From the IMG/VR virus record IMGVR_UViG_3300045988_096677, positions 1 through 40,198 of that record: a stretch of 40,198 bases of DNA. One strand, 5' to 3'. Source of the stretch: a virus. Positions within the stretch are counted from its first letter, which is position 1, and each line of letters opens with the position of its first letter. Below the pieces are notes generated by a model, which saw nothing but the letters and a program-made list of their open reading frames with translations, was not told where the DNA came from and ran no database searches. A program made the translations under genes and the position numbers. This document shows positions 7,810 to 14,964 of this stretch, piece by piece.

Positions 7810-8936
7810 GCAGCGCAGGATTATTGAGCGGCCTGCTGAATACGCAAGGCTCTGACCCGGCGGGGGCGAAGATGCAGGTGGAGATGCTGCCGATCGACTG
7901 GATCATCCCGAACCCGGATAACAAGATCTACCATGTAGGCGATGTTTCTCAGCTGGCCGAGGATATCCGGAAAAATGGCGTCCGCCAACCGTTGGAAGTT
8001 GTGCAAACGGGCGGCATGACGTACAAGCTGATCGGCGGCGAGCGTCGGTTGACGGCGTGCCAAGAGCTGCTGGACGGTGGCGATGATCGGTTTTCCTCCC
8101 TGCCCTGCATCATCCTCGAGAGCAAGGGCGAGCTGGATGACCGAATCGCGCTGATTACGGCCAACGCAACAGCGCGGGAACTGACCGACGGCGAACGTCT
8201 GGCGCAGTATGAAGCTCTGAAAGATGCACTGACCGCAAAAAAACAGGCCGGACAGCTGGAAGGCAAGGTCAGAGACGCTCTGTGCAAGATTCTGGGCGAA
8301 GGAAGCGGAACCCTTGCCCGGCTGAATGCAATTTCCGCCAACTGCACCGAGGACGTCAAGGACAAGCTGCACCGGGGAGAAATCGGCTTGATGGAAGCTT
8401 ACCGGTACGCCCAGAGCGTGGCCGAAACCCAACGGAAAGCGAAGCAGCCGGAACCGCCAAAAACCGAACCACCGAAAACGTTACCGCGGAACCCGGATTA
8501 TGCGGAGTGGAATCTTCCGCCAGAAGCTATAGAGATGGTGGAAAAGGCTCACGAGGAGCAAAAAAGAGCCCAGAACGATGCACCTAAACCTACGGCATCA
8601 CCGTACAGGGCAAAACCTGTGGAGATTCACGAGCAGCCGAAGGAGCAAACCCATAAGCGGGACACGCTGCACAAACTGGCGGAGAAAACGCTGGGTGCAA
8701 ATGTAGCATGGGAACTGGCGTGGGAAGACGTGCGCTTTCGGCTTGCGTACTACAAGCAGCCTCTGCCCGGCGGGGCGGTGCTGTGGAAGCAGGTAGACAC
8801 AACCAGAGAGGCTGCCGGTCAACCATGCGAAAACTACGCGATCATCCTGAACGACGGAACGTTCAAAACGATCGGCTGGGAATTGTATAACGACGCATTG
8901 ATGAGCTTGGCAAATTATCTTAATCTTTGCGAATGA
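7806..8936 (+). CDS. parB: ParB/Spo0J-like N-terminal-domain protein with a long C-terminal extension (376 aa)
   Basis: ATG 7806 overlaps the previous stop. ParB boxes GVRQPLEV and LIGGERRLTAC. Confidence 0.85.
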   Translation: MSSAGLLSGLLNTQGSDPAGAKMQVEMLPIDWIIPNPDNKIYHVGDVSQLAEDIRKNGVRQPLEVVQTGGMTYKLIGGERRLTACQELLDGGDDRFSSLPCIILESKGELDDRIALITANATARELTDGERLAQYEALKDALTAKKQAGQLEGKVRDALCKILGEGSGTLARLNAISANCTEDVKDKLHRGEIGLMEAYRYAQSVAETQRKAKQPEPPKTEPPKTLPRNPDYAEWNLPPEAIEMVEKAHEEQKRAQNDAPKPTASPYRAKPVEIHEQPKEQTHKRDTLHKLAEKTLGANVAWELAWEDVRFRLAYYKQPLPGGAVLWKQVDTTREAAGQPCENYAIILNDGTFKTIGWELYNDALMSLANYLNLCE

Positions 8937-9076
8937 CCGAAAAAAGAGGACTCCACAATGAAAACCGTACAAGATACATACATCGGCATCGGCTGGGAGG
9001 ATGTACCGGAGAAGGCCGCGCAAATGAGCATGGATGAGCTGTCTTGATATACAAGTAATTTTGAGGAGGCAATCGG

Positions 9077-9520
9077 ATGACACCGCGAGAGTTTCGGAAA
9101 CTGTACGCTATCCCATACGATATCGAGAGACGCAAGCTGCGGATCGAGCGGCTGGAAGCGATGCAGGTCGAAGGCCCTCAGAGTGCGTCCGATGTGGTCA
9201 AGTCTTCCCGCGGTGAGGGAAATACCTGCATCATCGGCCATGCCACCGTGACCGGAACGGATGCGGCGTTTTCCCGGCGGGAGGAAGAGATCCGATATCT
9301 CCGGAAGAAAAACCGCGAGCAGCGGGCAGAGTACACCGAGGCCGTCCGGCTTGTGGAAAGCTGCGAGGATGTGGAGCTTCGCGCGATGCTTTCGGCGGTC
9401 TGCATCGAAGGCAAGAAACCGCAAGAAGTTGCGGTTGAGTTTATGGAGCAGGGCGTGGATATCGGGGCGGAAGCCATCCGGCGAAGAATCGAACGGTGGA
9501 TCAATCAGAATGCGAGGTAG
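9077..9520 (+). CDS. Putative late-gene transcriptional regulator (sigma-70 region-4-like HTH at the C-terminus)
   Basis: SD gaggagg upstream. Position just before the packaging module. C-terminal KKPQEVAVEFMEQGVDIGAEAIRRRIERW looks HTH-like. Family assignment is tentative. Confidence 0.45.
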   Translation: MTPREFRKLYAIPYDIERRKLRIERLEAMQVEGPQSASDVVKSSRGEGNTCIIGHATVTGTDAAFSRREEEIRYLRKKNREQRAEYTEAVRLVESCEDVELRAMLSAVCIEGKKPQEVAVEFMEQGVDIGAEAIRRRIERWINQNAR

Positions 9521-9526
9521 GAAACT

Positions 9527-9688
9527 ATGGAGAACGAAAAATGCAATATGCCACCCAATCCGTATGATTGCTGGAATTGCGAAACAGCTATTCATTTTTG
9601 GGAGGTTGGCGGAAGGAATCAAAAGATACTTTGCGAAAATCATAATTGTCCACGCTGGAAAGCTGAACATGGAGGAGAAAATGAATGA
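9527..9688 (+). CDS. Small Cys-rich zinc-ribbon-like protein (53 aa, below the track cutoff)
   Basis: My own translation: MENEKCNMPPNPYDCWNCETAIHFWEVGGRNQKILCENHNCPRWKAEHGGENE. SD gaggtagg upstream. Confidence 0.4.
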   Translation: MENEKCNMPPNPYDCWNCETAIHFWEVGGRNQKILCENHNCPRWKAEHGGENE

Positions 9689-10229
9689 CCAAGAAAAGCT
9701 TTTCTTTTTGGCGTGCTATGCGATGAGGGGATTTGCAAAACCCTCAACTGTATATCGCATTTTTCACAATGCTATTCCCATTAAACGTGCGCTCTATTAT
9801 TTGGGAAAATGGGAAGGAAAGGGATTTTATGGCGACGGCGTAAGCGAATGGTCAGGCCGATTCTACACATCTAAGCTGCCAACTCAATATCGTGAACTTT
9901 TGGAAGGCGTAACCCCTATCCCGATAGAGGATTATGACAACGATTACTTTGCCTCTTCTTTGATTGCCGGATATTTTCTGCCAGAAAAAGGAGAAGCCCC
10001 TGACTATGCTTACATTAACGAGAGACGTTACCAGTTGAGTGGAAAATCAATTTGCAGAATGTGCGGGCAAGAGCTTCCACGGAAATGCCTGTTTTGCGAG
10101 CATTATTTCCCATTCGATGCTGATTCCGGCGGGTGCAATGCAACTATGAAAAAGACGAAAAAAGACGCTGAATGCCAAATGTTTTGCAAACAAAACAATT
10201 GGACATATAGTTGGAGGCAGTACAGATGA
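9681..10229 (+). CDS. Hypothetical Cys-rich protein (182 aa; alternative start 9669)
   Basis: In frame with track ORF 9261..10229, whose 5' part overlaps the previous gene. C-terminal CRMCG...CLFCEH...C...C cluster. AT-richer island. Confidence 0.55.
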   Translation: MNDQEKLFFLACYAMRGFAKPSTVYRIFHNAIPIKRALYYLGKWEGKGFYGDGVSEWSGRFYTSKLPTQYRELLEGVTPIPIEDYDNDYFASSLIAGYFLPEKGEAPDYAYINERRYQLSGKSICRMCGQELPRKCLFCEHYFPFDADSGGCNATMKKTKKDAECQMFCKQNNWTYSWRQYR

Positions 10230-10405
10230 CACGAAAAATCAATTCGGATGAGATGGAACGGCGGGTGATCTACCTGCGAGGATACTATAACGGCTTGGTG
10301 CTGGCCGAAACAGATGGATCTTTCGACGCGGTGTATAAGGAAATCCTCGATAATCTCATTTGGGCTATGGGAGACGAACCCCAAGAAACCAACGGAGAAA
10401 CGTGA
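10226..10405 (+). CDS. Hypothetical protein (59 aa)
   Basis: ATG 10226 preceded by ggagg and ATGA-coupled to the previous stop. In frame with track ORF 10211..10405. Confidence 0.5.
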   Translation: MTRKINSDEMERRVIYLRGYYNGLVLAETDGSFDAVYKEILDNLIWAMGDEPQETNGET

Positions 10406-10412
10406 AAGCCGT

Positions 10413-10484
10413 GTCCGGAATGTCCGATTTGTCCGGAATGTCCGATTTGTCCGGAATGTCCGATTTGTCCGGAATGTCCGGTTT
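10413..10484. repeat. Intergenic tandem repeat: 4 x 18 bp GTCCGGAATGTCCGATTT, equivalent to 8 x 9-bp GTCCGNNNT
   Basis: Copies at 10413-10430, 10431-10448, 10449-10466 and 10467-10484; the last has one substitution. Confidence 0.9.
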
Positions 10485-10489
10485 CGGTA

Positions 10490-10498
10490 TGCTATAAT
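10490..10498 (+). promoter_or_regulatory. Extended -10 promoter element TGcTATAAT abutting the repeat array
   Basis: TG at 10490-10491 and TATAAT at 10493-10498. No good -35, which extended -10 promoters tolerate. Confidence 0.45.
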
Positions 10499-10710
10499 CA
10501 TAATGCGGACATTGGGAGTAGCCAATGAACCGTCATCATTGTGGTGAGACATCCCGGCGGGAAGCATAGCACGGCATTTTGAAATTTCCACCGTGCTCAA
10601 TGGATATTGCGCCGTCCGCTCCAAAATCCAGCGGCGCACAATGACTACGACCGAAAACACGATTTCCCGGAGTGGTGTCCACAGTGGACACCTTGAGAAA
10701 GGAGCACCCC

Positions 10711-10833
10711 ATGGTCACTACGATTCCCGCAAAGCGTGAGCCTCGGGCAGAGATCGGAGGCCGTGGCTGTACACAAGGTGCGTCGGCCTGCTATCCGACG
10801 CAAACCTACTGCTGGTACACGGCGGGTGCATGA
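10711..10833 (+). CDS. Candidate micro-ORF, 40 aa, three Cys (MVTTIPAKREPRAEIGGRGCTQGASACYPTQTYCWYTAGA)
   Basis: SD aaggag 7 nt upstream of the ATG. Stop followed 10 nt later by a 13-bp perfect hairpin. It could equally be chance inside a structured RNA. Confidence 0.25.
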   Translation: MVTTIPAKREPRAEIGGRGCTQGASACYPTQTYCWYTAGA

Positions 10834-10843
10834 TGATTTATTA

Positions 10844-10878
10844 AGCGTCCCCGATGTGTAATGTGCATCGGGGACGCT
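10844..10878 (+). terminator. 13-bp perfect hairpin (agcgtccccgatg / catcggggacgct), a terminator-like or processing structure just upstream of the tRNA-like gene
   Basis: Arms at 10844-10856 and 10866-10878, followed by cttattat (weak U tract). Confidence 0.5.
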
Positions 10879-10886
10879 CTTATTAT

Positions 10887-11021
10887 GCCGTCGTAGCTCA
10901 GCGAAGAGCACCGTGCAGGTAACACGGGTTACATTGGCGATAACGCACAGGTGCTTAACACATGGATTAGCCACCATGCAATGGTACTGTGCGGGCGCGG
11001 GTTCGACTCCCGCCGACGGCT
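10887..11021 (+). tRNA. Aberrant tRNA-like gene (135 nt) with a ~67-nt insertion between the anticodon arm and T arm; anticodon ambiguous (GGU if the local hairpin is used, but position 33 is A)
   Basis: Acceptor GCCGTCG/CGACGGC. D arm GCTC-AGCGAA-GAGC (no GG in the loop). CCGTG-CAGGTAA-CACGG hairpin. T arm GCGGG-TTCGACT-CCCGC. The insertion contains GTTA..TAAC, GCACAG..CTGTGC and CATGG..CCATG stems. Confidence 0.5.
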
Positions 11022-11028
11022 TGATTAT

Positions 11029-11104
11029 GCCGCGTTAGCTCAACAGGCAGAGCACCCGGCTCATAACCGGATCGTTGCAGGTTCGATTCCTGCACGCGGC
11101 ACCA
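11029..11104 (+). tRNA. tRNA-Met (anticodon CAT), CCA encoded
   Basis: Acceptor GCCGCGT/ACGCGGC. D arm GCTC-AACAGGCA-GAGC. Anticodon loop CTCATAA. T arm GCAGG-TTCGATT-CCTGC. Then A-CCA. Confidence 0.9.
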
Positions 11105-11218
11105 AGACTTTCAGGAAGGACGGGACTTCATCGGTGTTGAGAAAGACTCTCAATACTTCGAGACTGCAAAAATGCGAATCCAACAAGCTCAAGAAGAAGG
11201 ACAACAGCTTAGTATGAT

Positions 11219-11575
11219 ATGACCGAAACATTTTTGAATTGGCTCCGGGCGTTGATCGCGTCCGGAGACGTGCATCCATTCTACTGCTCTTCGCAGTGGG
11301 TTGGGCTGTCGCACCGCGTGCTCGACATGGATCAGCACGAGTGCCAGATCTGCAAGCAGCGCGGCAGATACAAGTGCGCCGAATTGGTGCATCATGTCAA
11401 TCATGTCAAGGACGCGCCGGACAAGGCACTGGATATCTGGTATCGAGACGCCGACGGCAACGAGCAGCGCAATCTTATCAGTGTATGCAAGGACTGCCAC
11501 GAAACGGTTTGCCACCCGGAGCGGCTGCACAAGACAGCTCACGCACCGCCGTTGACCCGCGAACGCTGGGATTGA
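11219..11575 (+). CDS. HNH endonuclease (packaging-associated)
   Basis: CQICKQRG...ELVHHVNHV...ISVCKDCHETVCH is the HNH/zinc motif. Position immediately upstream of terS/terL as in HK97-like cos phages. Confidence 0.85.
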   Translation: MTETFLNWLRALIASGDVHPFYCSSQWVGLSHRVLDMDQHECQICKQRGRYKCAELVHHVNHVKDAPDKALDIWYRDADGNEQRNLISVCKDCHETVCHPERLHKTAHAPPLTRERWD

Positions 11576-11721
11576 GCAGCACACCCCCCGTCTGGAAAAA
11601 CCTGCCAGCTGGCACCCCCCTATACTCGGGGTGTGCCCTGACTTTCCAGCTGGATTTGCGCGCACGCGCACGCGCGGGAATCTCCGTCATATTGCACAAG
11701 CCGGACAGAAAGGAAATCGCC

Positions 11722-12069
11722 ATGGTGAAAGTGGAAAACGCCCGAAAAAAGTATCAGGCCGAACTCGCCGAAATCGAGGAAGCGGCCAAGGCTGCCGGAT
11801 GCGACACAAATTTTCTGTACCGCACCACGCTTGACCGGTATCTCGATCAGCTGGATCTGCTGGAAAAGTCTCAGGCGGACATCAAGGCCAACGGGACGAC
11901 CATTATTCAGATAACTCCCCGGGGAACGGAGCGCGAGGTTCCGAATCCGGCAATTCAGGCTTACGGACAGACCGCGAGTGCAGCCAACTCCACCGTTTCG
12001 ACGCTGCTGCGGATCGTCCAGACTTACAAGTTTATGGCGGCGAAGCCGGAAGAGGACGATGAGCTGTAA
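11722..12069 (+). CDS. terS: Terminase small subunit (P27-family-like, 115 aa)
   Basis: Internal ATG of track ORF 11239..12069, after SD-like gaaaggaaa. Size, position and the NPAIQAY motif fit. Overlaps the terL start. Confidence 0.7.
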   Translation: MVKVENARKKYQAELAEIEEAAKAAGCDTNFLYRTTLDRYLDQLDLLEKSQADIKANGTTIIQITPRGTEREVPNPAIQAYGQTASAANSTVSTLLRIVQTYKFMAAKPEEDDEL

Positions 12070-13726
12070 CATCCCACCGGAAATTCTGGAGTACATCGAG
12101 CAGGTGGAGGCCGACAACCCACGGGCCAACAAGGAGCAGCACGCGCTGGCCGCATTGATCCGCAAAATTTTTGAAACTGAAGACATCCATGTGGATACCG
12201 AGCGAATGCAAAAATATTTTGGACTCGCCCGGTATTTTCCTTATGACCGGCTTTTTCCGTGGCAGAAGTTTGTGCTGGGCCTCTGGCTATGCACATACAA
12301 CGCCGACGGAAGCCCCCGCTTCAAAACGCTGTTCGGGATGGTCGGGCGCGGCGCGGGAAAAGATGGCGTGATCGCGCTTTCGTCCGCTGCGCTTATCAGC
12401 CCATACAACACGGTGAGGCACTACAACGTCGATATCTGCGCCAACAACGAGGAACAGGCCGTCACCCCCGTCAAAGATATTGTGGAAGCTCTGGAAAACC
12501 CAAAGTATGAGGCGAAGCTGTCAAAGTATTATTACCATACCAAGGAGATTTTGAGGGGTCGCAAGAATTTGGGCGAGGTCAAAGGCCGAACCAACAACCC
12601 CAAGGGGCGCGACGGTATGCGTTCCGGTGCGGTGATCTTCAACGAGGTCCACCAATATCAAAATTACGACAATATCAAAGTTTTCATCACCGGCCAGGGC
12701 AAAGTCGCAGAGCCTCGGGTCGGTTTTTTCACGTCGAATGGCGACGTGTCCGACGGACCGCTGGATGATTATCTGGCTCGTGGCCGGAGGATCTTGTTTG
12801 AGGGCGAAGAGGATCGAGGCTTTCTGCCGTATATCTGCTGTCTGGACTCGAAAGACGAAGTCCACGATGAGCAGAACTGGCCGAAAGCCAATCCCTCTCT
12901 CCCCTATCTGCCGGACTTGTGGAAGGAGACACGCGATGAATACCATGACTGGTTAGACCACCCGGAACAGAATGGAGACTTCATCACGAAACGGATGGGC
13001 ATCCGCGACGGGGCGAAAGAAATCGCCGTGACGGACTACGAAAAGATCCGGCTCACAAACCGCCCCCTGCCGGATATGACCGGCTGGACGTGTACCGTCG
13101 GCATTGACTACGCCGAACTGAACGACTGGGCGGCGGTCAACTTGCATTTCCGGCGCGGGGATGATCGGTATGATATCAATCACGCATGGATCTGCGCCCA
13201 AAGCAAAACGCTGACCCGAATCAAAGCACCGTGGAAGCACTGGTGCGAGATGGGCTGCTGCACCTATGTGGACGATGTCAGCATCTCCCCATATCTGCTG
13301 ACCGACTTCATCCGAGATGTGGCGTCAAAATACACCGTCAAAAAAATTGCGCTTGACCATTTCCGATACACCATGATGGCGGAAGCGATGCAGAGTATCG
13401 GATTTGACGCGCAAGACAAATCCCGGGTCAAGCTGATCCGCCCAAGCGACATTATGCAAGCCGATCCGGTGATTCAGGACTGCTTTGACCGGCAGCTGTT
13501 CACTTGGGGCGACTCCCCTCACCTGCGATGGGCGACCAACAACACCAAGCGCGTCCGGAGCAGCCGGAGTCAGGGCGTGGATACCGGAAATTTCATCTAT
13601 GCAAAAATCGAGGCCAAAAGCCGGAAAACCGACCCCTTTATGGCTCTCGTTGCGAGCATTGCAATCGAGAGTGAATTGGGAACCGGCCAAGTACAGCTGC
13701 CAAAAATCGGCGCAATCTGCTGGTAG
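12059..13726 (+). CDS. terL: Terminase large subunit (555 aa)
   Basis: Internal ATG of track ORF 11978..13726. Walker A-like GMVGRGAGKDG, with a nuclease half downstream. Synteny HNH-terS-terL-portal. Confidence 0.9.
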   Translation: MSCNIPPEILEYIEQVEADNPRANKEQHALAALIRKIFETEDIHVDTERMQKYFGLARYFPYDRLFPWQKFVLGLWLCTYNADGSPRFKTLFGMVGRGAGKDGVIALSSAALISPYNTVRHYNVDICANNEEQAVTPVKDIVEALENPKYEAKLSKYYYHTKEILRGRKNLGEVKGRTNNPKGRDGMRSGAVIFNEVHQYQNYDNIKVFITGQGKVAEPRVGFFTSNGDVSDGPLDDYLARGRRILFEGEEDRGFLPYICCLDSKDEVHDEQNWPKANPSLPYLPDLWKETRDEYHDWLDHPEQNGDFITKRMGIRDGAKEIAVTDYEKIRLTNRPLPDMTGWTCTVGIDYAELNDWAAVNLHFRRGDDRYDINHAWICAQSKTLTRIKAPWKHWCEMGCCTYVDDVSISPYLLTDFIRDVASKYTVKKIALDHFRYTMMAEAMQSIGFDAQDKSRVKLIRPSDIMQADPVIQDCFDRQLFTWGDSPHLRWATNNTKRVRSSRSQGVDTGNFIYAKIEAKSRKTDPFMALVASIAIESELGTGQVQLPKIGAICW

Positions 13727-13737
13727 GAGGACGAACG

Positions 13738-14964
13738 TTGACACGAGAAGAATGGAATCTTGGGGTATTCGACGGAGTCCCCGTGCAAAAACTCAGTTAT
13801 GAAAAGTTGGATGCGGCAACCGGAAAAACAGTGACGCTTTCCTGCAACGACTGGCTCTATTACCGCGAGGAACTGCAACTGCGGGAGCTGGCGTTTGGCT
13901 GCTGCGTCAATCTGATTGCCCGTGCCATTGCCAACTGTGAGTTCAAAACGTTTGAGGGGCGAGCAGAAGCGAAAAACGATTATTATTATATGCTCAACGT
14001 CGAGCCGAACCTCAACGAAAACAGTACCGCGTTCTGGCAGAATGCTATTTTCCGGCTCTATGCCTATAACGAGGTGCTGATCGTTCCCGTCCAAAAAAAT
14101 CGGCGGTTGATGTTGGTCACAGCAGACAGCTGGACGCCCCCGGAGAATTACCCGACGCGGGAAAAAATCTATGAGGGCGTGCAGCTGGGCGACGAACCCA
14201 ACACCCGGCGGCTGAAAGAATCGGAAGTGCTGCACCTGACACTCAACAACCGGAACGTCAAGAACGTGGTCGATGCAATCTACAACAGCTATAACAAGCT
14301 GATCCAGACCGCGATGAAAAACAATGCGTGGAATAACGGCCAGCACATGAAAGTCCACGTTGGGCAGGTCGCCAGCGGGCAAAACAATTTTGAGCAGCGT
14401 TTTGCGGAAATGTTGGAATCACAGTATAAGCCGTTTTTGCACAGTGATTCCGGCATTCTGCCCGAGTTTGACGGGTTCGATTTTCAGCCGTTCGGCGGGA
14501 GCACGTCGGCCAAAGATACCCGCGACATCCGGGCATTGGTCGATGATATTTTCACCTTCACAGCTCGGGGATTCGGGATCCCTCCGGTGCTGCTTCTGGG
14601 CAATGTGGCCGGAATGTCGGACGCAATCAGCTTGTGGCTGACCACGGCCATTGACCCGCTTGCCGCCCAGATCGGCGAAGAGTGCAACCGGAAACTGTTC
14701 GGGCTGGACGGCTGGAAGCAAGGCTTTCGAGTGTTGGTCGATACGTCCACCATCCAGCATTTTGATATGTTTGCCAACGCCGCCAACGTGGAGAAGATCG
14801 TCGGGTCGGCGGTATGGAGCATCAACGACATCCTGACCAAGTGCGGACAGGAACCCTTGCCGTATGACTGGGCGGACAAGCACTGGATGACCAAGAACAT
14901 TGCAACGATCGAGGAAGTCGCTCGGGCGGCAACCTCACAGCAGAAGGAGGGGCAAAATGCCTAA
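13738..14964 (+). CDS. Portal protein (HK97 family), TTG start
   Basis: SD aggagg 7 nt upstream of TTG. About 400 aa, sitting between terL and the prohead protease. Confidence 0.9.
   Translation: MTREEWNLGVFDGVPVQKLSYEKLDAATGKTVTLSCNDWLYYREELQLRELAFGCCVNLIARAIANCEFKTFEGRAEAKNDYYYMLNVEPNLNENSTAFWQNAIFRLYAYNEVLIVPVQKNRRLMLVTADSWTPPENYPTREKIYEGVQLGDEPNTRRLKESEVLHLTLNNRNVKNVVDAIYNSYNKLIQTAMKNNAWNNGQHMKVHVGQVASGQNNFEQRFAEMLESQYKPFLHSDSGILPEFDGFDFQPFGGSTSAKDTRDIRALVDDIFTFTARGFGIPPVLLLGNVAGMSDAISLWLTTAIDPLAAQIGEECNRKLFGLDGWKQGFRVLVDTSTIQHFDMFANAANVEKIVGSAVWSINDILTKCGQEPLPYDWADKHWMTKNIATIEEVARAATSQQKEGQNA

Noticed and set aside
6522-8936. Calling the element a phage-plasmid outright.
   Set aside because: ParA and ParB-like genes are present, but so are an integrase and a tRNA-derived attP. 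The lifestyle cannot be decided from sequence alone, so it is kept as a hypothesis.
8958-9047. 29-codon ORF (MKTVQDTYIGIGWEDVPEKAAQMSMDELS) between parB and the late regulator.
   Set aside because: It has a plausible SD-like gaggac upstream, but it is too short to support without conservation or expression data.
10413-10484. Possible CRISPR array.
   Set aside because: The repeats are only 18 bp long and directly abutting, with no spacers, and there are no cas genes in the genome.
10314-10547. 77-aa + ORF spanning the tandem repeats (…RNVRFVRNVRFVRNVRFVRNVRF…).
   Set aside because: Its sequence is just the translation of the 18-bp DNA repeat. It overlaps the preceding gene's 3' end and has no SD, so the repeat is better explained as a DNA-level element.
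10536-10977. Minus-strand ORFs 10536..10718 and 10645..10977 in the ORF-free region.
   Set aside because: They have no SD. The second runs antisense through the tRNA-like gene and the perfect hairpin. The translations are Arg/Cys/His-rich and look non-protein-like.
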